28,816 bases of DNA from the IMG/VR virus record IMGVR_UViG_3300032212_000117, positions 1 through 28,816 of that record. One strand, given 5' to 3'. Source of the stretch: a virus. Its lineage: Duplodnaviria > Caudoviricetes. A model generated the notes under the pieces. It searched no databases, was not told the DNA's origin, and was given only the letters and a program-made list of their open reading frames with translations. A program made the translations under genes and the position numbers. Each line of letters begins with the position of its first letter. The first letter of the stretch is position 1. Below, one piece after another: positions 1 through 8,909 of the stretch.

Positions 1-240
1 ACCACAGAGGACGATGTGCATACTGAGATTGCAGACGGTGCTTGGCATGTCGTAACCGCTCAAGGCGTTTCGTTTTCGACAGGGAATGATTTGTATCCGA
101 CCCGCTACAGCACGACAGGCGGCGGCGTGGTCGATGGCGATATTGATCTTGCTTACTTCGTTTGTCTGCCTGACCCCAGCGCCGCTGAGTTGGCGGCTAT
201 CGAGGCGGACGCTGCAAGCGTTCTCGGAATATCAATTTAA
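1..240 (+). CDS. C-terminal fragment of an upstream gene (5' truncated); beta-rich, possibly a LamG/ConA-like virion protein end
   Basis: Frame 1 is open from base 1 (TTEDDVHTEIADGAWHVVTAQ...) to TAA at 238-240, so the GTG at 16 is probably internal. The 'DGAWHVV...GDID...SAAELAAIEA' pattern resembles C-termini of LamG-like tail domains (inference). Confidence 0.5.
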   Translation, partial: TTEDDVHTEIADGAWHVVTAQGVSFSTGNDLYPTRYSTTGGGVVDGDIDLAYFVCLPDPSAAELAAIEADAASVLGISI

Positions 241-257
241 CGGACAGGATATAGCCT

Positions 258-533
258 ATGACGCAAATCACAGCCACGTCTGATGGTGTTGGCGTTCGGG
301 CCGGTGGCTCTTACGTCGGCAAGTTCGTATCAGGCACACCAACCTTCACGCTCCAGGTGGATTTCGGCATCGGCTGGAACAACCTGAAAGACGCCTCTGG
401 CAGTGACATTCAGGTGACATCAAGCGCGACTTATGTGGATGGCGTTGTTAATGTCGATTGCAAGCTTCGCTGGGAACTCACCTCCGGTAGCGGAACGATC
501 GATCAGCAGATCAACCAGGATGGGAAGACTTAG
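258..533 (+). CDS. Small beta-rich hypothetical protein (91 aa), possibly a virion accessory protein
   Basis: AGGA RBS at 247-250 before the ATG; T/S/G/V-rich beta-strand pattern; stop lies 2 nt before terS. Confidence 0.7.
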   Translation: MTQITATSDGVGVRAGGSYVGKFVSGTPTFTLQVDFGIGWNNLKDASGSDIQVTSSATYVDGVVNVDCKLRWELTSGSGTIDQQINQDGKT

Positions 534-535
534 GT

Positions 536-1072
536 TTGGCCAAGGCCGATAAGCTCACACCAAAGCAGGAAGCATTCGCTCTCAAGTACGTTGAGTGTGG
601 AAATGCGAGCGAGGCTTATCGTCATGCGTATGATGCTGAGAACAGCAAGCCAGAGACAATTTGGGTGCGCGCAAGCGAGGTGCTTTCGAACAGTAAGGTG
701 GCGGTAAGGGTTATGGAGCTGCAAGCGCAGCATGTTGAGCGACACAAAGCCACGGCTGATCGCGTTGTTCAAGAGCTTGGTCGGCTCGCATTTTCTGACC
801 TGCGAAACTGCCTCACTGAATCCGGTCAACTCAAGAACCCGAACGATTGGGATGACGACACGGCGGCTGCAATTGGTTCGCTAGAGGTAACAACTCGCCC
901 TAGCGGCGTCGATGAGAACGGCAATCGCACAATTGAGCACGTTCACAAGATTAAGACTTGGGACAAGAACAGCGCTCTCGAAAAGCTGGGCAAGCACTTC
1001 GGGATATTCCTCCCCGACGCTGCCACGCCCGACATTCACATTCACATGCATGACAAGGCAAAGGACTTTTAG
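536..1072 (+). CDS. terS: Terminase small subunit
   Basis: N-terminal LTPKQEAFALKYVECGNASEAYRHAY HTH-type motif and C-terminal DKNSALEKLGKHFG, typical of phage TerS; directly upstream of TerL; TTG start. Confidence 0.92.
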   Translation: MAKADKLTPKQEAFALKYVECGNASEAYRHAYDAENSKPETIWVRASEVLSNSKVAVRVMELQAQHVERHKATADRVVQELGRLAFSDLRNCLTESGQLKNPNDWDDDTAAAIGSLEVTTRPSGVDENGNRTIEHVHKIKTWDKNSALEKLGKHFGIFLPDAATPDIHIHMHDKAKDF

Positions 1073-1074
1073 GC

Positions 1075-2448
1075 TTGGCTGAGCCTCAGGTTGAGTGGAC
1101 TTCCGCTCAGAACATGGCGATGGACAAGCTGCGCTGCGGGGCGTCCCACGTCGCGCTTCTGGGTGGTTCGCGATCGGGTAAGACCTTCTTGCTCTGTTTT
1201 GCCGTCCTGGTGCGTGCGCTGAAGGCAAAAGGCTCACGGCATGTTATCTTCAGGTTTCGTCTGAACGCACTGAAGGCGTCGATCGTTGCAGATACGATGC
1301 CGAAGGTGCTGAAGCTCTGCTTCCCAGACCTGCCGTCGCATGACTCGATGCTGAACAAGACGGATCTGGTGCTGACGCTGCCGAATGGGTCTGAGATCTG
1401 GTACGGCGGTTTGGACGACAAGGAGCGCACAGAGAAGATCCTTGGGATGGAATTTGTCACCATCTACTTCAACGAGTGTTCCCAGGTTCCATGGGGCTCG
1501 GTTAAGCTGGCCCTTACGCGTTTGGCGATGCAGTGTTTCGATGACGAGCTGCAAAAAGAGATGCCACTCCGGGCATATTACGATTTCAACCCGCCGAGTA
1601 AGGCGCATTGGTCGTATAAATTATTCATTCAGGGGCTGAGCCCTGACAATCGCGAGCCGGTCAATCAGGCAAGTTATGCTTGGCACCGTCTCAATCCGAA
1701 GGACAATCAGGCGAACATCGCCGAAGGCTACATCGCCCAGCTTGAGAGTATGCCGCTCCGCGATCGGTTACGATTCCTTGAGGGTGTATTTGCTGACGCG
1801 GTCGATGGCGCGCTCTGGACTATGGAGCTGCTCGATCAGAACCGTCACCATGGCGAAATGCCGACAATGGTGCGCACTGTGGTCGCGGTTGATCCGTCTG
1901 GCTGCTCCGGTCAAGAGGATACGCGGTCAGATGAGGTTGGCATCATCGTGGCCGGCGTGTCCGTTGAGGGCAAAGGTTACATCCTAGACGATCTGTCGGG
2001 ACGCTATGGGCCGAAAGAATGGGCCAAAATCGCAGTTAGTGCTTACGAGCGTTATGCTTGTGCTGCGATTGTGGCAGAGAAGAATTACGGCGGCGCCATG
2101 GTCGAGGCGGTGATCCAGGCTGAATCAGAGAATGTCCACGTCAAGCTGGTGTCTGCGAGTGTTGGAAAGGCTGTCCGGGCCGAACCGATAAGCAATCTGT
2201 ATGAGAAGCAGAAGGTCTATCACGCCGGTTTCTATCCTGATCTTGAGGAACAGATGTGTGCGTTCTCAGTGAGCGGATACCAGGGCAGTAAGTCTCCAGA
2301 CCGGGCTGATGCGGCTGTTTGGGCGCTAACTGAGCTGTTCCCGGCCATGACGGAGACGGAGCAGAAACGAAACTGGACACCGCCGAACACGATTAGTAGG
2401 TCTCGATCAGCCGGACGGTTGGCGGGTGGCACTGGGAGGCGGTTCTGA
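1075..2448 (+). CDS. terL: Terminase large subunit
   Basis: Walker A GGSRSGKT, Walker B-like IYFNE, coupling motif DFNP, RNase H-like nuclease motifs VAVDPS and SPDRADA; TTG start. Confidence 0.95.
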   Translation: MAEPQVEWTSAQNMAMDKLRCGASHVALLGGSRSGKTFLLCFAVLVRALKAKGSRHVIFRFRLNALKASIVADTMPKVLKLCFPDLPSHDSMLNKTDLVLTLPNGSEIWYGGLDDKERTEKILGMEFVTIYFNECSQVPWGSVKLALTRLAMQCFDDELQKEMPLRAYYDFNPPSKAHWSYKLFIQGLSPDNREPVNQASYAWHRLNPKDNQANIAEGYIAQLESMPLRDRLRFLEGVFADAVDGALWTMELLDQNRHHGEMPTMVRTVVAVDPSGCSGQEDTRSDEVGIIVAGVSVEGKGYILDDLSGRYGPKEWAKIAVSAYERYACAAIVAEKNYGGAMVEAVIQAESENVHVKLVSASVGKAVRAEPISNLYEKQKVYHAGFYPDLEEQMCAFSVSGYQGSKSPDRADAAVWALTELFPAMTETEQKRNWTPPNTISRSRSAGRLAGGTGRRF

Positions 2449-2759
2449 TGAAGCGAATTATTATGGGTGCGAGCGTGTTGTTGCTGGCTGGGTGTGCGAC
2501 GAAAAGCTATCCGACCATTACCCCGTTGACGGGTTTTGAGGTCACAAACATGTCGTGTCAGGATTTGGCTATGGAAATGGCCAAAACGGAAGAGTATGAG
2601 GCGCAAATAAAGCAGGAGGGGAAGCTAGATATTGATACGGTCACTGGCGTATTGATTGATGGCGGGCTCCGAAATGCTTTCGCGCATGATGATGCTAAGC
2701 GAGATTTAGAGCGCCGCCGCGAAAGCATAGGCTTAGCGATCTCTGCGAAGGATTGTTAA
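2448..2759 (+). CDS. Lipoprotein (accessory/moron-like)
   Basis: Signal peptide MKRIIMGASVLLLAG-C with an LAGC lipobox; two further Cys; visibly more AT-rich than its neighbours; TGATG overlap with the terL stop. Confidence 0.8.
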   Translation: MKRIIMGASVLLLAGCATKSYPTITPLTGFEVTNMSCQDLAMEMAKTEEYEAQIKQEGKLDIDTVTGVLIDGGLRNAFAHDDAKRDLERRRESIGLAISAKDC

Positions 2760-2819
2760 TTCCTCCCCACAAGACTGGGGGCCTCATCTAAAGATGAAAA
2801 CAAAAAGCAGGAGCCCCCT

Positions 2820-3074
2820 ATGGCTGAACCAGTTTCAATGAGCGCGGTCCTCGCAAGCGCCCTCACAGGGGCGAAAGCGGCAGCGCCTTATGTGCTTCCG
2901 GCTGCCGGAGGCGTATTGGGTGCGGCCCTCACCAAACCAGATAAGCCGAAAAAGCTCTCCAACCCGGACCCGGACAGCAAGAAAAAGCGCCTCGACAATG
3001 AGCGCGACCTTGCCCGTCGCTATTCCGAACAGGGCCGTGTTTCCAGTATGTTCAATAAGGATAAGCTCGGCTGA
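2820..3074 (+). CDS. Small hypothetical protein preceding the portal
   Basis: AGGAG RBS at about 2809-2813; hydrophobic Ala/Gly N-terminus and basic C-terminus; TGATG coupling to the portal start; small genes at this position are common in such podoviruses. Confidence 0.7.
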   Translation: MAEPVSMSAVLASALTGAKAAAPYVLPAAGGVLGAALTKPDKPKKLSNPDPDSKKKRLDNERDLARRYSEQGRVSSMFNKDKLG

Positions 3075-4645
3075 TGCGCCTCGACGATTTGCTGGCCACA
3101 TCTAACAAGATGTTCTCGCGCCAGGCTTCATTCAAAACGCTGTGCCAGACGCTCGCTGAGCACTTCTACCCGGAGCGTGCTGATTTCACGATCACGCGCA
3201 ATATCGGGAATGAGCTGGCTGATGGTCTGCTAGATTCGTACCCGATCCTTTGTCGGCGCGATCTTGGCAATGGCATTAGCTCTATGCTGCGTGACGGGCC
3301 TGAGTGGTTTGAGATCGATGTTGCTGGCGATGACCCAGATTATGCGGGCAAAGAGTGGCTGCAGTCTCGATCGAAGGCCTTGCAGCGTATGTTTGGCCAT
3401 ACCTCAAGCGGGTTCACCCGAGCGACGAAGCAGGGCGATCATGATTATGTCGCGTTTGGTCAGGCGGTTCTTTCTGTTGAGCCAAACAAGAATTATAACG
3501 GTATTCTCGTCCGAAACTGGCATTTGCGTGATTGTGCATGGGAAGATGATGAGACCGGTCAGGTTGGTCCTGTCCACCGCAAGTGGGCGCCAAGCCTGTA
3601 TGAGTTGAAGCGCACGTTCGGTGAGCACGCTCTACACCAGTCGCAGGTCGATAAGTGCCGTACTGAGCCGATGGCAACTGCCAAGATCCGGCACATTGTC
3701 ATGCCTTCTGAGATGTATGGCAAAGGACAGTTTGAGCAGTTCGGCTGGGTGTCCTTGTTCGTGGATATGGAGCGCGAGCACATTATCCAAGAGCGCGGGA
3801 TAAATTATAAATATTACAGCGTGCCTCGCTTCCAGACGATTGCGGGCGCACCTTATGCGTATTCGCCGGCCACTGTTGCTGCGTTGCCGAATGCTCGCGC
3901 GTTGCAGGCCATGACGTTTACGCTGATGGAGGCTGCTGAGCGGTATGCCCGTCCGCCTCTGACTGCAACGGCGCAGGTTGTTCGCTCTGATATTGACCTT
4001 GGTCCTGACGGAATCACCTGGATCGATAGGGATTATGACCAGAAGACGGGCCGCGCACTTGAACCACTTCTGCAGGACCGTGGCGGATACCCGATTGGCA
4101 TGGATTTCCGCGAGAAAGTGGTCGATGTGCTGTCGTCTTGCTTCTACTTGAACCGCTTGAGCCTGCCTGAGACGACGCACGAGATGACCGCTTATGAGGT
4201 CTCCGAGCGCATGAAGCAGTATCGCCGGGAAAACCTGCCGCTGTTTGCGCCGATCGAGAAGGATTATAACGGCCAGCTCTGCGAGGCTGCGTTTGGTTTG
4301 GCGTTCGACATGAACCTGCTGGGCAGTCCCCATGATGTGCCGAGCTCGCTTCGTGACCGCGACATTGAGTGGAAATTCAGATCGCCGCTATCGTCTGCAG
4401 ATGAAGAGAAGAAGGTCCAGCAATTCCAGCTGAATGCCGATATGCTCGCTACTGCTGCCCAGATGGATCCGATGATTGCGCATGATTATGACGTCCGCAC
4501 GGCATTCCGTGACGCGGTTGAGGCAACAGGAAGCCCAATCAAATGGCTGCGTGACATGGAAGAGGTTGTTGAGCTTGATCAGGTTAAGGCCGGCATGATG
4601 AAGGCACAGGCCCAGCTTGAAATGCAGGGCGCTGAAGCCGCCTGA
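3074..4645 (+). CDS. Portal protein (head-to-tail connector)
   Basis: 523 aa; motifs YSVPRFQTIAGAPYAYSPA and MTAYEVSER match T7/BPP-1-type head-tail connectors; follows terminase. Confidence 0.92.
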   Translation: MRLDDLLATSNKMFSRQASFKTLCQTLAEHFYPERADFTITRNIGNELADGLLDSYPILCRRDLGNGISSMLRDGPEWFEIDVAGDDPDYAGKEWLQSRSKALQRMFGHTSSGFTRATKQGDHDYVAFGQAVLSVEPNKNYNGILVRNWHLRDCAWEDDETGQVGPVHRKWAPSLYELKRTFGEHALHQSQVDKCRTEPMATAKIRHIVMPSEMYGKGQFEQFGWVSLFVDMEREHIIQERGINYKYYSVPRFQTIAGAPYAYSPATVAALPNARALQAMTFTLMEAAERYARPPLTATAQVVRSDIDLGPDGITWIDRDYDQKTGRALEPLLQDRGGYPIGMDFREKVVDVLSSCFYLNRLSLPETTHEMTAYEVSERMKQYRRENLPLFAPIEKDYNGQLCEAAFGLAFDMNLLGSPHDVPSSLRDRDIEWKFRSPLSSADEEKKVQQFQLNADMLATAAQMDPMIAHDYDVRTAFRDAVEATGSPIKWLRDMEEVVELDQVKAGMMKAQAQLEMQGAEAA

Positions 4646-4929
4646 TGAAGACTATTCCGCAAGCGCTGCAGGTGGCGCCTGTAACAATTGAAGAGACATT
4701 GGCGCTCAAAGCGCTGGGACAGGGTGAAGCGACGCCGTTTCAGCAGAAGCTGGCACTCGCTCTGATAATGAAGAAGTTTAGCCGGGCGTACGACATCCCG
4801 TTCATCGAGGGCAGTTCTGATGGTTCTGCATTCCTGATGGGCCGCGGCTTTGTCGGCAACCGAATTGATTTGCACTTAAAGCAGCCAGTTAGCGCGCTGC
4901 ATCCAGATGAGGTGAAGAATGAGTCTTGA
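4645..4929 (+). CDS. Small conserved protein between portal and scaffold (Bbp19-like)
   Basis: SAFLMGRGFVG resembles the 'TAFxEGRRxVG' motif of this family; synteny; translationally coupled at both ends. Confidence 0.7.
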   Translation: MKTIPQALQVAPVTIEETLALKALGQGEATPFQQKLALALIMKKFSRAYDIPFIEGSSDGSAFLMGRGFVGNRIDLHLKQPVSALHPDEVKNES

Positions 4930-5872
4930 TCCCGCACCATCCGCCGATCCGGTCGAGCCCGTAGCAGACCCGGTTGTAAATAATGACCCGCCTGCTGCGG
5001 ATCCTGCACCCGCAGATCCTCCCGCAGCTGACCCAGCTCCTGCGGACCCGCCCAAATCCTTCTTCGGCGCTGCTCCAGAGAATTGGCGCCAGGATGCAGT
5101 CGATAATATGCGCCTCAATGACCCAGAGGCGGCCACACGCGAGCTTAAGCGCCTTGAGCGCTTCAAGACACCGCAGGACTGGCTGAAGGCCACGCACGAG
5201 GCCAACAGAAAGATCCGCAATGGTGAGATCGCGAGCGGTCTTCCTGAAGACCCAACCGACGAGCAGCTTGCAGAGTATCGCGAGGCGCACGGCATTCCAG
5301 CTGAGGCGACCGGGTACGAGCTGGACCTTGGTGAGGGTGTGACGCTCTCCGAGGCCGATCAGTCGATTGTTGACACAATGCTTCCCGCCGCACATGCGGC
5401 GAATATCCCGAATGCTGCTATGTCCGGGCTCTCCAAGGCCTTCTTTGAGGCGCGTGCGCGCCAGGCGTCTGAGCGCCACGCACAAGATGAGCTGGACAAA
5501 CAAGCAACCGATAAACTCTTGCGCGAGGAATGGCAGAGCGACTTTCAAGCAAACACGAATATCTTTTCAGCATTTGTCGATGGGCTGCCTGAAGATGCTC
5601 GCCAAGAGTTTTCCAATATGCGTGGCCCTGGAGGCAAGGGGCTTGCGAACAACCCGGCCATTATCAACTCGATTGTTGACCTGATGCGCAAAGCGAACCC
5701 GACGATCACTGTGGTGCCTGCCAATGATGGCAACCCGCTCAAGACGATCGACGATGAGCTTGCGTCTCTGAACAAGATGATGTCCGATGAGCCGGACAAA
5801 TGGTACAAAGACCAAGCCGCACAGCAGCGCTGGCGTGAGCTGACCACGGCTAAAGATAAGCTGCCCGCATAG
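4919..5872 (+). CDS. Capsid scaffolding/assembly protein
   Basis: Pro/Ala/Asp low-complexity N-terminus, acidic helical body, LREEWQSDF motif; lies between portal and major capsid genes. Confidence 0.8.
   Translation: MSLDPAPSADPVEPVADPVVNNDPPAADPAPADPPAADPAPADPPKSFFGAAPENWRQDAVDNMRLNDPEAATRELKRLERFKTPQDWLKATHEANRKIRNGEIASGLPEDPTDEQLAEYREAHGIPAEATGYELDLGEGVTLSEADQSIVDTMLPAAHAANIPNAAMSGLSKAFFEARARQASERHAQDELDKQATDKLLREEWQSDFQANTNIFSAFVDGLPEDARQEFSNMRGPGGKGLANNPAIINSIVDLMRKANPTITVVPANDGNPLKTIDDELASLNKMMSDEPDKWYKDQAAQQRWRELTTAKDKLPA
4985..5053 (+). repeat. In-frame tandem repeat (DPPAADPAPA)x2 + DPP, 30-nt period
   Basis: Identical at protein level, with synonymous differences in the DNA. Confidence 0.85.
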
Positions 5873-6062
5873 AATTGAGAGAGAGGCTGACGGGCCTTGA
5901 TCTCCTTGCTCATGGGAATGAGCTAAAACTATCCGACAAATCCGATACAAAGACCCTGAGAGCATGAATGCTGGCCCCGGAAACGGCTAACCCAAGCGCA
6001 TGTGATCGGCCAACTCTGACGTTTCGGCAACATCAAACCCAACCAAATCAAGGAATTACCCT
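5873..6062 (+). promoter_or_regulatory. Structured 190-nt leader upstream of the major capsid gene
   Basis: Hairpin GCTCAT-GGGA-ATGAGC (5908-5923); extended stem 5962-6003 capped by CCG-GAAA-CGG; AAGGA RBS at about 6050-6054. Confidence 0.5.
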
Positions 6063-6893
6063 ATGGCTGATACTGCTTTCCAGAAGCAGTTCCGTCAGGA
6101 GTTCATTGCTGGGTACGAGAAAGCTGATTCTTGTCTCACAATGTCTACGACTACGGAACATACCGTGCGCGGTAATGAGGCTGAGTTCCTCATTGCTGAT
6201 TCCGGTGGCGCTAGCGCTACCACGCGCGGCAACAATGGCCGCATCCCGGCCCGTCACGACAACAACACGCAGGTTACCTGCACGTTGGAAGAGTGGCACG
6301 ACAAGGTTGAGAAGACCAATTTCAATATTGAATCTTCTCAAGGCGACCAACGTCGCATCATGCAGGACACAACCCGCATGGTGATCAATCGCAAGCGTGA
6401 CGAGCTTATTCGTACCGCTTTGTCTGCTGCAACAACCACATGGGGCGGCGCTGCTGTGCCAACCCTTACGCTGGTTACCAAGGCTCGCACGATCCTGCGC
6501 AATAACAGCGCTGGTGACGGTGAGATCTTTGCGGCAATCACCCCGGCTTATCATGGCTATCTGATGGGGCTGAACCAGTTCACTTCTGCTGATTACATTC
6601 AGGACAAGAAGTTTGAAGGCGTGTCGAAAGACAAGGCTTTCTCCTGGTATGGCGTCAATTGGATTATTGATGAAGAGCTGACGGGTGTCGGCACCGCAGA
6701 TGCCACCTGCTTTATGTATAACCGCTCCGCAATCGGTTCGGCGATGCACAAAGAAGGCATCGACACTGAGGTCGGTTACAACGGCGAAGATGCTTACTCA
6801 TGGTGCCGCGCGTCGGTCCACATGGGTGCCAAGCTTCTTCAGAATGCTGGTGTGATCAAAATGCGCGCTGATGACAGCGCTCTGTCGGCTTAA
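6063..6893 (+). CDS. Major capsid protein
   Basis: 276 aa with a strong RBS and strongly biased codons; motifs 'AFQKQFRQEF', 'INRKRDELI', 'FTSADYI', 'MGAKLLQNAGV' are typical of BPP-1-like HK97-fold capsids; follows the scaffold. Confidence 0.9.
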   Translation: MADTAFQKQFRQEFIAGYEKADSCLTMSTTTEHTVRGNEAEFLIADSGGASATTRGNNGRIPARHDNNTQVTCTLEEWHDKVEKTNFNIESSQGDQRRIMQDTTRMVINRKRDELIRTALSAATTTWGGAAVPTLTLVTKARTILRNNSAGDGEIFAAITPAYHGYLMGLNQFTSADYIQDKKFEGVSKDKAFSWYGVNWIIDEELTGVGTADATCFMYNRSAIGSAMHKEGIDTEVGYNGEDAYSWCRASVHMGAKLLQNAGVIKMRADDSALSA

Positions 6894-6907
6894 GGGAGAC
6901 TGAGAAT

Positions 6908-7183
6908 ATGGCTTATGCAACTTCGAATCCTCCTGAGCTGGTGGTTGGCACTCAAGCTTTCCGCATTTGGGCCTACAAGTCCACTGATGCGGCCACGGCT
7001 GTTCGGGTGTCAGGCTATTTCACCAATGGGTATGCCTTGGGTATGCGCGCAGGTGATCTGGTCATTGTCGTCGATACCGATGCCTCACCGATCGCAATGC
7101 AGCAGTGCATTGTAACGTCCGCGACTTCGAGCGCGGTTGACCTGTCTGATGGTGTTGCGGTTACCGCGACTGATACAGACTAG
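6908..7183 (+). CDS. Putative capsid cement/decoration protein
   Basis: GGGAG RBS; small beta-rich protein directly after the capsid gene and before a strong hairpin (synteny inference). Confidence 0.65.
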   Translation: MAYATSNPPELVVGTQAFRIWAYKSTDAATAVRVSGYFTNGYALGMRAGDLVIVVDTDASPIAMQQCIVTSATSSAVDLSDGVAVTATDTD

Positions 7184-7190
7184 TCCAACT

Positions 7191-7220
7191 GACCGAGCTG
7201 GCTTTAGGGTCGGCTCGGTC
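7191..7220 (+). terminator. Strong hairpin after the capsid/cement genes (leaky terminator or mRNA stabiliser)
   Basis: GACCGAGCTGGC...GTCGGCTCGGTC stem of about 12 bp with G-U pairs; followed by a C-run rather than a U-tract. Confidence 0.55.
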
Positions 7221-7243
7221 CCCCCCATTCACAAGGAGTTCTC

Positions 7244-7720
7244 ATGAGTGAAGCACCTCGCAATCCTTTTACCCGTGCTCAGATGGAGCGTGCAGAGTTT
7301 GGCTATTCTGGTCATTCTGTCGTCGCGCCGCGCGGAACACAGCCTGATGAATGCCTTGATCCGCACATTTGGTCGCTCGTGGCAGAGCCATCCCGGCTGA
7401 AAGTGTTTGATGAGATCCGCGTTGTTGAGGCAGATAGCGCCTGGGTCCAGAGATTGATCGTCACGTTCGTGAAGGGCTCGATCGTTCATGTCGCTCGCGA
7501 GAGCATGACAGAGCTGAAGGTCGCCAAAAAGGAAGCGCCGAAGAAGGCTGCACCTAAAGCCACGGGCGAACGATACAAAGCGGAATTTCGCGGCCCCCAT
7601 GCGCGCTGGTGCGTGATTGATACGCGGGCTGCGACTGCAGACAAACAGAAGATTGAGCAGGGCCTTGAGACAAAGGAAGAGGCCGAGGCAAAGCTCAAAG
7701 AGCTTCTGACGCCGGCCTGA
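7244..7720 (+). CDS. Hypothetical protein (head-tail region)
   Basis: AAGGAG RBS; typical codon usage; two small domains joined by a KKEAPKKAAPK linker. Confidence 0.75.
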   Translation: MSEAPRNPFTRAQMERAEFGYSGHSVVAPRGTQPDECLDPHIWSLVAEPSRLKVFDEIRVVEADSAWVQRLIVTFVKGSIVHVARESMTELKVAKKEAPKKAAPKATGERYKAEFRGPHARWCVIDTRAATADKQKIEQGLETKEEAEAKLKELLTPA

Positions 7721-7721
7721 T

Positions 7722-8909
7722 ATGACTGTCACCAAGCTCGCCCTCTACAATGATGCCCTGCGCCTAGTCGGCGCGGAGCGCCTTGCATCTGCGACAGAGG
7801 CGCGAGAAGTCCGATACAAGCTCGATGAGATCTGGGATCTGGGCGCTGCGAAGCACTGCTTCCGGATCGCGAAGCCGGTCTTTGCCCGCAAGACGGTCAA
7901 GCTATCGACGCCGACCACGATCACGACGCACGGGCTCACGAATGAGCACACGCTGCCAACTGATTATGCGGCAATGGTCGAGGTCTTCGCCGATGAGGAT
8001 CTAGACCAGGCGGTAAAGCGCCGGCTGATCGAGGATGACAATCTCTACACTGAGATCGCTGTCGTCTGGGTCCGCTATGTCCGTGACCTGTCGTCTATCT
8101 TCACCAACTGGACACCTGATTTTTCCAAGGTGGTGAGCACCTATATCGCTCAACAGCTGGCCACACGCATAAAGCCCGACCGGGTTGAAGATTTAACTGC
8201 CGGGTTGGAGTCGGCGATCGAGCTTTCTCTCTCGATTTCTGCTCAGGAAGAGGACTTTCGGCGACCGCAGAAGACGCTGACGACACTCACCAATGAATGG
8301 TTGCCGATCTACAATGATGCGCTTCAGCTCCTTGGCCTGCGCCGGATGACGACGATCTCCGATGAGCGTTCGGATCGGACTGAGCTGGATGCCGCGCTTG
8401 ATAGCCGCTTGGTGCGGTCGATGTTCGAGGACTATCCTTGGAATTGGGCGCGGATCACGGTCAAGAGCGAAGAGAACACAAGGCTCGAAACTGACTTTGG
8501 GTATGAATGCGTCCATGAGAAGCCTGAAGACCTGATCCGGCTCGACGGTGTCTTCCGAGATGAATATTGCCGGACCCCGCTAAAGAACTACGCCGATGAG
8601 GGTCGTGTTCTTCTGTGCAATGATGACACGATTTACCTGAAATATGTGCCGGATACCTATGTTGGGCAGCCTGCTTCTTGGCCCGCTTCCTTTGCCCGTC
8701 TTGTCGCTGCGCTCATGGCTGAACAGGCCGAGCCAAATATTGAGATGATCCGTCCTGATGTTCGCCGGAACCTGCCTGAGAAGGTCGTTCGGCGGCGCCA
8801 TGATGCGACCAGCAATGACTTCATGCAATCGCCTCCGCAGCGGATCAACACAGGCAGCTGGGTCCGTGCGCGCCAGGGCGGCACTCGCAATAGTCGAGAC
8901 TACGGATGA
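7722..8909 (+). CDS. Tail adaptor (T7 gp11 / tail tubular protein A-like), internally duplicated
   Basis: Two copies about 188 aa apart: LYNDALRLVG...VFARKTVK...LPTD...W-P-F and IYNDALQLLG...WNWARITVK...KPED...WPASF; precedes the nozzle gene. Confidence 0.85.
   Translation: MTVTKLALYNDALRLVGAERLASATEAREVRYKLDEIWDLGAAKHCFRIAKPVFARKTVKLSTPTTITTHGLTNEHTLPTDYAAMVEVFADEDLDQAVKRRLIEDDNLYTEIAVVWVRYVRDLSSIFTNWTPDFSKVVSTYIAQQLATRIKPDRVEDLTAGLESAIELSLSISAQEEDFRRPQKTLTTLTNEWLPIYNDALQLLGLRRMTTISDERSDRTELDAALDSRLVRSMFEDYPWNWARITVKSEENTRLETDFGYECVHEKPEDLIRLDGVFRDEYCRTPLKNYADEGRVLLCNDDTIYLKYVPDTYVGQPASWPASFARLVAALMAEQAEPNIEMIRPDVRRNLPEKVVRRRHDATSNDFMQSPPQRINTGSWVRARQGGTRNSRDYG

Noticed and set aside
5968-6384. 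138-aa + strand ORF overlapping the capsid start
   Set aside because: No clear RBS, composition of an off-frame shadow, and it overlaps the well-supported capsid gene.
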